In this document: positions 17,725 to 28,472 of the stretch, in pieces
How the letters are laid out: the number at the start of each line of letters is the position of its first letter
Numbering within the stretch: position 1 is the first letter of the stretch
Virus record (IMG/VR): IMGVR_UViG_2874968258_000009
Length of the DNA stretch: 40,286 nucleotides
Direction: 5' to 3' (one strand)
Origin: a virus
Lineage: Monodnaviria; Loebvirae; Hofneiviricota; Faserviricetes; Tubulavirales; Inoviridae
Position numbers and translations under genes: made by a program
The notes under the pieces: generated by a model
What the model saw: only the letters and a program-made list of their open reading frames with translations
The model's database searches: none
Told to the model about the DNA's origin: nothing

Positions 17725-18969
17725 TCAGTTCAGGTTGTCCCGGAACAGTTCACCGCTCCTCGCGGCGCTGCGGGGCGTCGCCCTGCTCCGGTCAACCTTT
17801 CTGACCTGAAGCATCACCATAATATCAGTCTTGTTGCTTTCACTGGTACGGGAACCGAAGAAGCTCCAGCCGGAACTGGCCTTACTGTCTTTCTGTTCAG
17901 CAAGGCCACCAAGTAAAATAATATCACCATCTGCAAGGCTGACTTCGGTTGTTACATCACGCTTGATAAGGGTTGGCGAGTTATTGACGCCGGTTTCAGT
18001 GGTCACAAAGTTGGAAAGCTGCTGCTGAATCTTGAGATCCATTGTCCGACTTTTGATTGATGGCGTCACGTTAAACAAAACACCGCTGGAACGATATTCA
18101 ACGGATTGCGTTGTCGTATTGTTATTCACCGTAACACTGCCCAGTACTGGCACATCAGAGCCGACTGAAAAAGACGCTGAGGCATTATTTTTTACCCGCA
18201 GTCGTGGCGCACTGACAACAGTAAAACGACTGTCGGTTTTCAGCAGATTGAAAATGGCATCAATGGAGCCGGTTCGAATATTGATAAAATTATCCAGTCC
18301 GGCAGCACCAACTGAAATATTGAATTTATCAGACAGAATTTTAGCCGCTAAAAGAATGCCGGAGCCGTCAGACTGCGAGGTCTGAACCTCAAAAACATAA
18401 CCAGAAACAACCACTTCATCACTCATCGTATCCAGCGAAGTGACCAGTGTTTTCAGGATGGCGATATCCTCTTTCGTACCATAATAAACCAGAATATCAC
18501 CGGTTCGATTGATGTAGTTGCTTGCCCCTGATGAACCTTTTAGCGAATCGTCAGAAATCACGGCTCCACTGTTATTGAAGGAGCCTGAAACGTAGCCGCC
18601 AAGAATATCAGACAGGTAGGCAACAGAACGGTACTGAGGCGTATAAGTCCATGTATAACGTGGCTTAACCGGCTCTTTCGGCGTATAGGGCGCGATAAAA
18701 TCAACACCCTTTTTCGTCCATATTCGAATGTTCATATTGCCAAGATAACGGGTTACAAATTCCCGTTCATCAATATCAGGTGTTAACCTGAATGTAATCA
18801 TTCGTTCATCATTAACAAGCTGTGGATCTAGCATATACGGGACTTTAAGCACCTCACTGTAAATAAGAGAAATAGCCTCCGGTAGCTTGACTTTATTTAA
18901 TTCAAGCTCTGACCCTGCGAAAGCACATGAAGAAAATAGTAGCGTTAATGCGAGTAAAATCTTTTTCAT
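17725..18969 (-). CDS. Phage secretin (pIV-like), copy 2
   Basis: Identical to the 8221-9465 product. Confidence 0.8.
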   Translation of the reverse strand: MKKILLALTLLFSSCAFAGSELELNKVKLPEAISLIYSEVLKVPYMLDPQLVNDERMITFRLTPDIDEREFVTRYLGNMNIRIWTKKGVDFIAPYTPKEPVKPRYTWTYTPQYRSVAYLSDILGGYVSGSFNNSGAVISDDSLKGSSGASNYINRTGDILVYYGTKEDIAILKTLVTSLDTMSDEVVVSGYVFEVQTSQSDGSGILLAAKILSDKFNISVGAAGLDNFINIRTGSIDAIFNLLKTDSRFTVVSAPRLRVKNNASASFSVGSDVPVLGSVTVNNNTTTQSVEYRSSGVLFNVTPSIKSRTMDLKIQQQLSNFVTTETGVNNSPTLIKRDVTTEVSLADGDIILLGGLAEQKDSKASSGWSFFGSRTSESNKTDIMVMLQVRKVDRSRATPRSAARSGELFRDNLN

Positions 18970-19994
18970 TATTTTTTCCCCGTATAAAGCGTCACACGCT
19001 CACCATCAATAATTCCGCTCATCAACATCCCTTTGTAATTAAAACTGGATGCAGGAACGGCACGCAAAACACCGGCACCGTTAACAAGAATCACAAACGC
19101 CCTGCCTTCACTGGTCATTCTCCCTGATATACGCCACTCGGTTGAAAGTGGCGGTTCAGCTGGTTCTGAGGGAGTATCTGATGCTGGAGTAACAGCGGAA
19201 GAACGAAACATGGCCGCATCACGTACATCTGTTGTAGTCAAATCTGGCGAGGGATCGCTTCGGCCAAACGTGCTGAAAAATGAGTAAATCAGCCAGCCTG
19301 ACCCGATAAACATCAATGGAAAAAGCACAAGAAAGAACCTGACTTTGCCAGAATTCCAGATGCTCTGGCGTTTATCTGTCTGCTTTTCATTACCGTTATT
19401 TCCTTCATAGCTTTTGTAAAGTTCAAAAATATCAGGGTTATATTTATTGCGATAACTGGTGACGAGGTTGCTTTTATAGATTTTGTGGCCTGAATATACG
19501 TCAATGCAGTAATGATTATTCAGGCCCAACGCTTTCAGCTTGCGCATCCGGTAAGTTGTTTCTATTTTGTCTTTCAGAAAGCGAGCAATATTAGAAAGTG
19601 ACTGATTTACAATAACCAAATCACAGCTAATACCCGTTTCAGGGTGCGTAAAATGACGATGTTCAGCAATAAATGATTTCTTCTCAGCCGTCATATCCTT
19701 ATCGCTACCGAAGATTCGCCATGCTTCATCAATAACAATTAAATCACCAAACTGGCAAAAGCTCCCTTCCCCACCTTTAAAAGGAAAGAAATCTGCTTTA
19801 AGCACATCATCATTATCCACAACAATAATTTCTCCCGTTGCATCAGGATAACGTTCGGTGATTTTATCTTTTTGTAAACCATAAATGTTCGTCACAACTC
19901 TCCGGCCGCTGGTAAATGCCGGAATAATGACATTGCAAACGGCTTCATAACTTTTTCCTGAGCCGGGTATGCCAATATATGCAGAAATAGCCAT
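18969..19994 (-). CDS. Zot/pI-family assembly ATPase, copy 2
   Basis: Identical to the 9465-10490 product. Confidence 0.8.
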   Translation of the reverse strand: MAISAYIGIPGSGKSYEAVCNVIIPAFTSGRRVVTNIYGLQKDKITERYPDATGEIIVVDNDDVLKADFFPFKGGEGSFCQFGDLIVIDEAWRIFGSDKDMTAEKKSFIAEHRHFTHPETGISCDLVIVNQSLSNIARFLKDKIETTYRMRKLKALGLNNHYCIDVYSGHKIYKSNLVTSYRNKYNPDIFELYKSYEGNNGNEKQTDKRQSIWNSGKVRFFLVLFPLMFIGSGWLIYSFFSTFGRSDPSPDLTTTDVRDAAMFRSSAVTPASDTPSEPAEPPLSTEWRISGRMTSEGRAFVILVNGAGVLRAVPASSFNYKGMLMSGIIDGERVTLYTGKK

Positions 19995-19997
19995 AAC

Positions 19998-20285
19998 TCA
20001 CCCTATAACAGGAATACGTCGAATAATAAAACGAGTAGCCATTGCGGAGATAATCATACTAATCCCCTGTGGTAATTTACTCAGGTTAATGAAGTACCAG
20101 AATCCGTCTGATAAATTGGCAAACAGCGATGAGAGATTGCTTGAATCTGGCAGTAACTCAACAAGGATTTCAACGAAGCCCTGGACTACAAAATACAGCG
20201 CAAAGAATACGACGAATTTAATAATCAATGACCGGAATACAAAACCTAACAAAGTATTTAATGCACTAATCAGAATCCCAAACAT
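19998..20285 (-). CDS. pVI-like minor coat protein, copy 2
   Basis: Identical to the 10494-10781 product. Confidence 0.5.
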   Translation of the reverse strand: MFGILISALNTLLGFVFRSLIIKFVVFFALYFVVQGFVEILVELLPDSSNLSSLFANLSDGFWYFINLSKLPQGISMIISAMATRFIIRRIPVIG

Positions 20286-20297
20286 AGTTGCACTCCT

Positions 20298-22010
20298 TTA
20301 GGCACTCAGAATAATACGGAGCGCAACAAATCCCCATATAATCAGAAATATGGTTTCTACGGCGCTTCTGTTCTGCTCAATTAACGGACAATGGGAGTCA
20401 ATTCTGTACTGGTGATTAAACACGCTGAATTCAACAACGGGGCAGGATGCTGAACGAGAGCCGATGTTAAATTCGTTTGTAAAAGGCAACAAGTTAATAA
20501 TTGGCGTTAAAATATCTCTTGCCGTTGGCGTTTCTTCAAGCTCAGGCTCTTTTACACCGGGATCTTCTCCCAAATCTATATTGCCATTATTTCCAGTGTC
20601 AGATCCTGAGTTGTTATTAATGGTAATATCAATATTGACGTCAGCCCCTGCACTGTCAGATACAGGTGAAAGCATATCTAATAACGTTGGAGATAGCCTA
20701 AGTTCCGACATCGCAGAAGTTACTTCAGCCGGTGAAACCTCTTTAAACGGTAAGCCGTTATAATCGGCATTAACGGCAGCTTCAGACCACAGCTCGTTAA
20801 TCATGTCGGCAAGAAGTGCTGGCGATACACTAACACTATCAAGATACTCCAGATAATCAATCATGGACTCAATATTTCCGGCCTCCAGTACTTCCGTCAT
20901 GGCTTTATATTTGGTATTGGTCCAGATAGTAAGCTCACTCTTTTCATCAATATCTTTTGCGGTGTAATCCTCTTTTTCAGGAACGGCGCAAATCGTCGAA
21001 TATCCACCATTTGACTGATTAGTCGTTTTACAAGGCGTGTTGTGATACTGATATTGCTTGCCTGCTGTTAAATAAGCAACGCTGTAATACATGGGAAGCC
21101 CTGCTACATTTTCATACATGGGAATACCTGCGGGAAATGAAGATGCGGCCGGGTTGCTATACAAGTGTGTAATCTCAGGTATTTCATAAAATGAGGAAGG
21201 ATAAGTAAACTTATAATTCTGTTCAGTAAAGGATACATCTCCATTACTGTTGACAACTTTATTCGTCACAGTGCGTTCAAAATTTGTTAGTGTTTCAGTA
21301 TAAGTACGCGAGTTATAGTCATTAAGATAATTTCTGGCAATTTCAGTTGGATTATCACCATAGTAATAAATTAGCTCTTTCGAATCCTGATAATAATAAA
21401 GTGCATTATCTGGCGTGGAATATCCTGTTTCAACACCTACAACTGGAGAACCCGCATCCACATTATTACGACTAACATGAAGGATTACCGGACTTAATTC
21501 CTGTGGTTCAAAATTAACGGTTATCGTCTTACTTTCACCACTTTGACCACTGTACGTTACTTCATATAAATTATCGGAAATCTTTTTACCGTTAGTCATT
21601 ACCATTACCGAGCCGTCAGATGAACTCAAAGAAGACGGAACAAAAGATGATACAGCAGCAGCAATACCCGCCCACGTTGCAACACCGCTCATTTTGTATG
21701 ATGAGGCAGCAGGCAAGTATTCGGCAGCATTAGCCGCAGCGCGGCCAACAAAAACACGGGTTGCTGTAAGCTGTGATGCCGTATAAATCGCATCATTGGC
21801 AGCAAAGCGACGAACAAGCACCCGGCCAACGACTTTAGGAATAACAGCCCGCGCAGCCACTGCTGCAATTGCTGGTACAAATGAATATGAATATCGGGGA
21901 AAGGAAACCCAGAGAAAGGAAAAAATAAAGGAATAAACCGTCAGCCTCTTAGCCCAAGAATAACGACATAAGCTGAGACGATCCCCCATAAAAGGGAACC
22001 CAATTTCCAT
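20298..22010 (-). CDS. pIII-like adsorption protein, copy 2
   Basis: Identical to the 10794-12506 product. Confidence 0.6.
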   Translation of the reverse strand: MEIGFPFMGDRLSLCRYSWAKRLTVYSFIFSFLWVSFPRYSYSFVPAIAAVAARAVIPKVVGRVLVRRFAANDAIYTASQLTATRVFVGRAAANAAEYLPAASSYKMSGVATWAGIAAAVSSFVPSSLSSSDGSVMVMTNGKKISDNLYEVTYSGQSGESKTITVNFEPQELSPVILHVSRNNVDAGSPVVGVETGYSTPDNALYYYQDSKELIYYYGDNPTEIARNYLNDYNSRTYTETLTNFERTVTNKVVNSNGDVSFTEQNYKFTYPSSFYEIPEITHLYSNPAASSFPAGIPMYENVAGLPMYYSVAYLTAGKQYQYHNTPCKTTNQSNGGYSTICAVPEKEDYTAKDIDEKSELTIWTNTKYKAMTEVLEAGNIESMIDYLEYLDSVSVSPALLADMINELWSEAAVNADYNGLPFKEVSPAEVTSAMSELRLSPTLLDMLSPVSDSAGADVNIDITINNNSGSDTGNNGNIDLGEDPGVKEPELEETPTARDILTPIINLLPFTNEFNIGSRSASCPVVEFSVFNHQYRIDSHCPLIEQNRSAVETIFLIIWGFVALRIILSA

Positions 22011-22074
22011 AATTCAATCTCCATAATAACCTCAAGTAAAACGGGCGATATTGCATCGCCCATGAATAATGAAT

Positions 22075-22308
22075 TTATGCGGATTTAACGGTACGCAATA
22101 CCCAGCGAACGCCAGCGACACCGGCATAAAGTGTTACCAGTGAAGCAGCAACGGCCATAATCGCAACCAGAACTGTACTGAAATCAATGCTGTTCGTCAG
22201 CGGCGATAAATCAACACCACTTGATGCCGCTCCTTCTGCAGCGAAAGTCGCGCCAGAAACAGCCATTAATGCAGGTACAGCCAGAAAACTAACGATTTTT
22301 TTAAACAT
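22075..22308 (-). CDS. Major coat protein, copy 2
   Basis: Identical to the 12571-12804 product. Confidence 0.8.
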   Translation of the reverse strand: MFKKIVSFLAVPALMAVSGATFAAEGAASSGVDLSPLTNSIDFSTVLVAIMAVAASLVTLYAGVAGVRWVLRTVKSA

Positions 22309-22342
22309 AACTCTATCTCCATTACATTTTAAAGGTTCGCAT

Positions 22343-22594
22343 TCAAGCAGTACGAACCATCTTTATTACCTGTCCCACACCTACAGAAAAAAGCCAGAGC
22401 AGCAGGACAGAGCCAAAACCTAATATCCAGTAATTTCCCATTGCAGAATAATCAATTTGATGAAATGGTTCAGAACGTACCATTATTGCCTGACATTCTT
22501 TTGCATTGTTCGCATTACATAAATAACCTTCAATACGGTAACCATTTTCAGGAATATGATTATCAAACTGAATATCGAAACCTGATGTATCCAT
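22343..22594 (-). CDS. Small membrane-anchored protein, copy 2
   Basis: Identical to the 12839-13090 product. Confidence 0.4.
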   Translation of the reverse strand: MDTSGFDIQFDNHIPENGYRIEGYLCNANNAKECQAIMVRSEPFHQIDYSAMGNYWILGFGSVLLLWLFSVGVGQVIKMVRTA

Positions 22595-22596
22595 AA

Positions 22597-22914
22597 TCAG
22601 CCTTTTATTTCAGTAATGCCGCCATCTGATGAAATGTTATAAGTTACTCCTTCCCTCCCCTCCATTGACCAGACGCGAACATATACAGGTATCTGGACTA
22701 ACTTACCGATAAAATTATTTGCCTGATTCATTACACCGGCATTAACAAGAGCCTGAGATACACGAATAATAATCTGGTCTTGCTTAGTGCCGCCAAAACC
22801 ATCAGGAATCTCTAAGCCAACACCAATTTCATTATAGTATCCCTGACCATTGACCTTATTACGCTGGCGAGCACCAAGCATTTTACCTTTTACAAAAAGA
22901 CCATAATTAGACAT
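22597..22914 (-). CDS. Putative ssDNA-binding protein, copy 2
   Basis: Identical to the 13093-13410 product. Confidence 0.45.
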   Translation of the reverse strand: MSNYGLFVKGKMLGARQRNKVNGQGYYNEIGVGLEIPDGFGGTKQDQIIIRVSQALVNAGVMNQANNFIGKLVQIPVYVRVWSMEGREGVTYNISSDGGITEIKG

Positions 22915-22925
22915 ATCACTCTCCT

Positions 22926-23978
22926 TTAATGCCAGTTACTGGCATGTGAAATACGGTTATAATCGAAAATTAAACCTTTCTCATAAACCCATGATGGAAT
23001 TTTGGCTGGTTTGGCTTCAAGAGTACGAACCAACGGAACAACGTTATTAGAATCCGGTGACTCACAATAAAAGTTAATATCTATTCCGAAAGAAAGTAGT
23101 TCTTTACGGTGTCGGTAGAATGTAGGTTTCGGTAACATCTCTTTCATGTTCGCGCCCTGCTTCCACAATAAATATGTAGACTGTATTTTTCTTGGGAGAT
23201 TAATTATTTTTTCATCAGTTAATATGGTATTTTGATTCATTTCTATTCTCCCTACATAGTCAGAGAATAATTTATTGGGCGTCTCAATATTCCAGCTATT
23301 ACCAAGCGTAAGATTCAAATCAATTAATTCAGTTGTTCTTAATGTTAATTCAATGCGTAATTTATCTTTTGACCAGTCCAGTAAACCAGCTTTAACGAAT
23401 TCGTCTGCCATCTGGTGCCCTTTTTTGCCAGATGTATGCTCATCATATTTTGAATAAAATTTCAGGCTCCAACGACGGGAGTTTTTCCCTAAGTAAACAG
23501 TGCCACCTTTACCACAGGCGCGACCGTGGCGAGTTTTAGCTTTAAATTCTGCGGCATATAACCATGCGCGGACATTTTCTAATGTTGACAATGAATACAT
23601 GTAATTGATATCGATGCGCGAGATCTTAAATTGCCCTTCCATGACCTGCCGATAGGATGGTAGATCATGAGGAATATGCAGTAATGCCAATATTCTGGCG
23701 TAAGCTGTTAACACCAACCCTTGCAAATCGTCGGAACCTATAACAGAGTGACCTTGCAAAAACTTTGATGGATTACCGTCAATGTAGAGATGTGTTGCCC
23801 TACCTTCACCATCAGATCCAACAGACCTTACTTTCATTGTGGACTCATGCGAACCGCGAACGGTCAACCGTTTTACTGTTTCCCACTCCACTGCACCGTC
23901 AGCATCGACGCTGACGACACTACCAGCCGGTAACGGTCGGTGTGTGCAAGGCAGGATTCCGGTAAACCAGTCGATCAT
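22926..23978 (-). CDS. Rolling-circle replication initiator, copy 2
   Basis: Identical to the 13422-14474 product. Confidence 0.65.
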   Translation of the reverse strand: MIDWFTGILPCTHRPLPAGSVVSVDADGAVEWETVKRLTVRGSHESTMKVRSVGSDGEGRATHLYIDGNPSKFLQGHSVIGSDDLQGLVLTAYARILALLHIPHDLPSYRQVMEGQFKISRIDINYMYSLSTLENVRAWLYAAEFKAKTRHGRACGKGGTVYLGKNSRRWSLKFYSKYDEHTSGKKGHQMADEFVKAGLLDWSKDKLRIELTLRTTELIDLNLTLGNSWNIETPNKLFSDYVGRIEMNQNTILTDEKIINLPRKIQSTYLLWKQGANMKEMLPKPTFYRHRKELLSFGIDINFYCESPDSNNVVPLVRTLEAKPAKIPSWVYEKGLIFDYNRISHASNWH

Positions 23979-24149
23979 AAGTAGTCACACCCATCAAAAT
24001 ATGTGTCAATAGTCATTTGTGAGCAGATTGAATGGTCACAATGTAATATGCTCAGATCTGACAGTCAATACATTTGCAATGTTTAAATTGTCAGAAATGA
24101 GCATCAAATCTAACTATTGAAAAACCACTGTTAAGATGGAGCCAAGTAG

Positions 24150-24596
24150 ATGGGCAACAATGAGCATGAAGTTATGGCGGACAAACAGAGAGCAGAACGT
24201 ATCAAAAAGGTAATTCTGGAACACTCGACTTATGAAGAACTGGCCGAGAAGACTGGCATTAGCGTGAGTACGCTGGTCAGGATAGCGTCCGGCAAAACTG
24301 AACCTAAATTCAGTGACATCATTCAGATAGCTAAAATTACGGGTGCAGACTTAAACACCTTAGCTTATGGCTATGCTCTTGATGTTAAAGAAGAAGCTAC
24401 CGAGCGGAAGCTAATCACTTCTGCGGATGGATATACTGATGAAGAAACCACTAACGCACATAATTTCATCGTGTGGAACATCAGGACACTGGAAAAACAA
24501 GATATTCTGGCACTCGCAAGGCAGGTTTCTGCATTAAGTTCATACACTTACAGTACTAAAATGTTTATGAAAAAAGCGGTGTCTGGAGAAGAGTAA
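24150..24596 (+). CDS. XRE-type HTH regulator, copy 2
   Basis: Identical to the 14646-15092 product. Confidence 0.7.
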   Translation: MGNNEHEVMADKQRAERIKKVILEHSTYEELAEKTGISVSTLVRIASGKTEPKFSDIIQIAKITGADLNTLAYGYALDVKEEATERKLITSADGYTDEETTNAHNFIVWNIRTLEKQDILALARQVSALSSYTYSTKMFMKKAVSGEE

Positions 24597-24695
24597 AAGG
24601 ATTAACAGTCTCAGGAATGAGACAAACGTGCAGTATTACCAACACTGCACGTTCTTTATTGTGCGAATTCTGAACAGTAAAAAAGGATCAAAAGG

Positions 24696-25118
24696 ATGAG
24701 TAGAAATAACGAAACAAGCGGCGTTGAACTGGTTGTCGTCGGCGTATTTGCTTTCTGTCTGGCAGTTGTTGCCTGGCTAATGAAAACTTTCGATGTTGAA
24801 TGGCAAACAGCACTGGAAACTGCGCCTGGCCTGATAGTCTGGCTGCTTGTTGTTGGGGCGGGGATCTTTTTCGGGATCAAAATGGAAACAGGCCTTGTTC
24901 GCTGGGGTGCTCCACTGGCGATCGCCCTTCTGATTCCGGTATTCAAACCAATTCTTAAGGAAGCTGCCGGAGTACGTGAAATGGGTGGGTTGGTTTTCGA
25001 TGATATGGTTTCGTGGTACGGAACTGGCTGGGGAATGTCGTTAATGTTTTTCGGTATTCTTATCGTCGGATACGGTCTGCTTTATTGGTGGCACAGAAGA
25101 AACTCTTATTATTGGTAA
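24696..25118 (+). CDS. Small membrane protein, copy 2
   Basis: Identical to the 15192-15614 product. Confidence 0.6.
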   Translation: MSRNNETSGVELVVVGVFAFCLAVVAWLMKTFDVEWQTALETAPGLIVWLLVVGAGIFFGIKMETGLVRWGAPLAIALLIPVFKPILKEAAGVREMGGLVFDDMVSWYGTGWGMSLMFFGILIVGYGLLYWWHRRNSYYW

Positions 25119-25185
25119 GCAATTTTGCTCCATATATCAGCGGTGAAGTTCAGAGGTGGTTATTTTTTAGTCTTGAGGAAAGATA

Positions 25186-25980
25186 ATGAAGCCAGAAAAA
25201 GCTATCGAGATATTAAAAAGACAACGGGAGCAAATCCCAGCAATACAAAATGAACGAAGGAGTACAGGAAATAACCCAAGTTTTAACTTATGGCAAAGAA
25301 ACACTAAGACCGCCATATCAAAAATATTTGGTGAAGAGTCAGATCACAAAAAAGAATTTGGCTCAATTCGATACTCTTTAATGGCATTTGTTGGTGATAC
25401 ACCAGATTATGTTTTCGATAACGCATTTTGTAGTGGTTTAGATGAAGCACATTCTCTTCTTACGTCTATGATTGCTGAGATTGAAGAATATGGAATTGAC
25501 GGAAATTTCATAGAGACAAAAAATGATCCCGTAGCTCTTGTTGAACTAATTTGCCATCAATTTCATAAGGTTGCAAGACAGCTACAGCAACGACACGATA
25601 ATAGACAAACCATTGAAATAAATGACGAATATGACGTTCAGGATTTATTTCATGCTCTTTTGAAGATTCATTTCGAGGATGTCAGACCAGAAGAATATAC
25701 GCCAAGCTATGCAGGATCTTCAACACGAGTTGACTTCTTGTTAAAGAATGAAAAAATCATTATCGAGTTAAAGAAAACGAGAAAAAATCTCAAGCAAAAA
25801 GAAGTTGGTGAGCAATTAATTGTTGATATAGCTCATTATCAAACGCATCCTGATTGCGAAACTTTAGTGTGTTTTGTATATGACCCTGAAGGTAGAATTG
25901 CCAATCCAATTGGTGTGGAGAATGACCTTGAGCGTTGTACAAATTCAATTTCGGTAAAAGTAATAATCTCACCAAAATAA
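25186..25980 (+). CDS. PD-(D/E)xK-like hypothetical protein, copy 2
   Basis: Identical to the 15682-16476 product. Confidence 0.55.
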   Translation: MKPEKAIEILKRQREQIPAIQNERRSTGNNPSFNLWQRNTKTAISKIFGEESDHKKEFGSIRYSLMAFVGDTPDYVFDNAFCSGLDEAHSLLTSMIAEIEEYGIDGNFIETKNDPVALVELICHQFHKVARQLQQRHDNRQTIEINDEYDVQDLFHALLKIHFEDVRPEEYTPSYAGSSTRVDFLLKNEKIIIELKKTRKNLKQKEVGEQLIVDIAHYQTHPDCETLVCFVYDPEGRIANPIGVENDLERCTNSISVKVIISPK

Positions 25981-25990
25981 AAGGACATAT

Positions 25991-26257
25991 ATGGCTACTG
26001 TAGATGATGTTGCACAATGGATGAAATCAGAGCTGGAAAACACAAACTGGCTATATCAAGAAACTGTTGTATATAAAATAAAAGAGTTATTTGGCGATAC
26101 TTTCGTATATTTGAATGCTAATGGAAATTTATCCATTGATAAAAAAGTATTAGCGAAGTTTAGAAAGCTAACTAATGACACGGTTATATGGGAGAGAGGT
26201 GAAAAAGCATGGCGAAAAAGACAAGGTTATGATGCCCCTGGTCGACAGCAGGACTAA
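25991..26257 (+). CDS. Hypothetical 88-aa protein, copy 2
   Basis: Identical to the 16487-16753 product. Confidence 0.5.
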   Translation: MATVDDVAQWMKSELENTNWLYQETVVYKIKELFGDTFVYLNANGNLSIDKKVLAKFRKLTNDTVIWERGEKAWRKRQGYDAPGRQQD

Positions 26258-26328
26258 ATAATTGGTTCGCACAATGACGTTATGCTAAAGAGGCCGCTGC
26301 GGGATTCGATTTTCGCAGCGGCCTTTTC

Positions 26329-26357
26329 AACATAACGAGTCGTACATTATGCGCACC
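26329..26357 (-). other. Phage attP-type XerCD site at the copy2/copy3 junction
   Basis: Same sequence as the 16825-16853 site. Confidence 0.6.
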
Positions 26358-26497
26358 AATGGTAAGGATGGCAGAATCTGGCGGGAATCGTTGACACTGG
26401 CCGTCAACTGGCTACTATCGACAGTGATTCAAAATCATCCGTTTCTCCAAACGAATCAGAATCAAATGTCTGTCAGCAGTAAGTGAACGGCCTGACC

Positions 26498-26746
26498 TCA
26501 CCAATCAGGCCTGTTCATCCAGTTAGTTGGTAAATCTGTACCTGATACACGAGAATCAAACACCACTTCTTCAGTGCCATCACCATGATGCCGGATAATC
26601 TGGTAACCGGATTGCGGGTTCTGGCTCTCAGCTTCATAAGCAGCCCGGAATGCTGGATCTTTGAGAAGCATCACTTTCAGCTCCTGATGTGTCATGAATT
26701 TTTCCATGATAAGCCCCGATGAATGCTGCCGCGCCGAATCAGCCAT
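26498..26746 (-). CDS. Hypothetical small protein (copy 3)
   Basis: Identical to the 7490-7738 product. Confidence 0.4.
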   Translation of the reverse strand: MADSARQHSSGLIMEKFMTHQELKVMLLKDPAFRAAYEAESQNPQSGYQIIRHHGDGTEEVVFDSRVSGTDLPTNWMNRPDW

Positions 26747-27227
26747 AACGCTGAAAATGGAAACTGTACGGCTTGGCCAACCCCGGACAGCAACAAAACA
26801 AGTTTTGTCACTGACCGGCGTTATCTTTCAAAACAGACAGTTAACGATTTTTGTCTGGTGTTTATGCGTGAAATTTCGTGCGTACGAAATTCACCACCAA
26901 TAAACAAACGGACGATGACTGACCGGAAAAGCAATGCCGTCAGCATCATGACCACGCATTACCTGATTGAGAAGACTTCTGACTTCACGGCGCTCAGGCC
27001 TGGTCATCATCATATTGCGATACCAGGACGGCGATTTATCAAACCATCTGGCACAACTGGCAAAATGTGAACCTACACGACGATAAGACTTAAGGCGGCC
27101 ACCGGGAAGTCGGTCACGCGCCTTATTTTTTACAGACATAATAAATCCTCTAAGTAACTGAATACCTAGAAGATGTCGTACTGTTCATACCCCATAAAAG
27201 TTAACGCCATAATAAAAATCCATACAA

Positions 27228-28472
27228 TCAGTTCAGGTTGTCCCGGAACAGTTCACCGCTCCTCGCGGCGCTGCGGGGCGTCGCCCTGCTCCGGTCAACC
27301 TTTCTGACCTGAAGCATCACCATAATATCAGTCTTGTTGCTTTCACTGGTACGGGAACCGAAGAAGCTCCAGCCGGAACTGGCCTTACTGTCTTTCTGTT
27401 CAGCAAGGCCACCAAGTAAAATAATATCACCATCTGCAAGGCTGACTTCGGTTGTTACATCACGCTTGATAAGGGTTGGCGAGTTATTGACGCCGGTTTC
27501 AGTGGTCACAAAGTTGGAAAGCTGCTGCTGAATCTTGAGATCCATTGTCCGACTTTTGATTGATGGCGTCACGTTAAACAAAACACCGCTGGAACGATAT
27601 TCAACGGATTGCGTTGTCGTATTGTTATTCACCGTAACACTGCCCAGTACTGGCACATCAGAGCCGACTGAAAAAGACGCTGAGGCATTATTTTTTACCC
27701 GCAGTCGTGGCGCACTGACAACAGTAAAACGACTGTCGGTTTTCAGCAGATTGAAAATGGCATCAATGGAGCCGGTTCGAATATTGATAAAATTATCCAG
27801 TCCGGCAGCACCAACTGAAATATTGAATTTATCAGACAGAATTTTAGCCGCTAAAAGAATGCCGGAGCCGTCAGACTGCGAGGTCTGAACCTCAAAAACA
27901 TAACCAGAAACAACCACTTCATCACTCATCGTATCCAGCGAAGTGACCAGTGTTTTCAGGATGGCGATATCCTCTTTCGTACCATAATAAACCAGAATAT
28001 CACCGGTTCGATTGATGTAGTTGCTTGCCCCTGATGAACCTTTTAGCGAATCGTCAGAAATCACGGCTCCACTGTTATTGAAGGAGCCTGAAACGTAGCC
28101 GCCAAGAATATCAGACAGGTAGGCAACAGAACGGTACTGAGGCGTATAAGTCCATGTATAACGTGGCTTAACCGGCTCTTTCGGCGTATAGGGCGCGATA
28201 AAATCAACACCCTTTTTCGTCCATATTCGAATGTTCATATTGCCAAGATAACGGGTTACAAATTCCCGTTCATCAATATCAGGTGTTAACCTGAATGTAA
28301 TCATTCGTTCATCATTAACAAGCTGTGGATCTAGCATATACGGGACTTTAAGCACCTCACTGTAAATAAGAGAAATAGCCTCCGGTAGCTTGACTTTATT
28401 TAATTCAAGCTCTGACCCTGCGAAAGCACATGAAGAAAATAGTAGCGTTAATGCGAGTAAAATCTTTTTCAT
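27228..28472 (-). CDS. Phage secretin (pIV-like), copy 3
   Basis: Identical to the 8221-9465 product. Confidence 0.8.
   Translation of the reverse strand: MKKILLALTLLFSSCAFAGSELELNKVKLPEAISLIYSEVLKVPYMLDPQLVNDERMITFRLTPDIDEREFVTRYLGNMNIRIWTKKGVDFIAPYTPKEPVKPRYTWTYTPQYRSVAYLSDILGGYVSGSFNNSGAVISDDSLKGSSGASNYINRTGDILVYYGTKEDIAILKTLVTSLDTMSDEVVVSGYVFEVQTSQSDGSGILLAAKILSDKFNISVGAAGLDNFINIRTGSIDAIFNLLKTDSRFTVVSAPRLRVKNNASASFSVGSDVPVLGSVTVNNNTTTQSVEYRSSGVLFNVTPSIKSRTMDLKIQQQLSNFVTTETGVNNSPTLIKRDVTTEVSLADGDIILLGGLAEQKDSKASSGWSFFGSRTSESNKTDIMVMLQVRKVDRSRATPRSAARSGELFRDNLN

Larger units (their letters stand above)
16839..26342. mobile_element. Filamentous prophage, tandem copy 2 (9504 bp)
   Basis: All copy-1 ORFs recur at +9504 with identical translations. 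Confidence 0.9.
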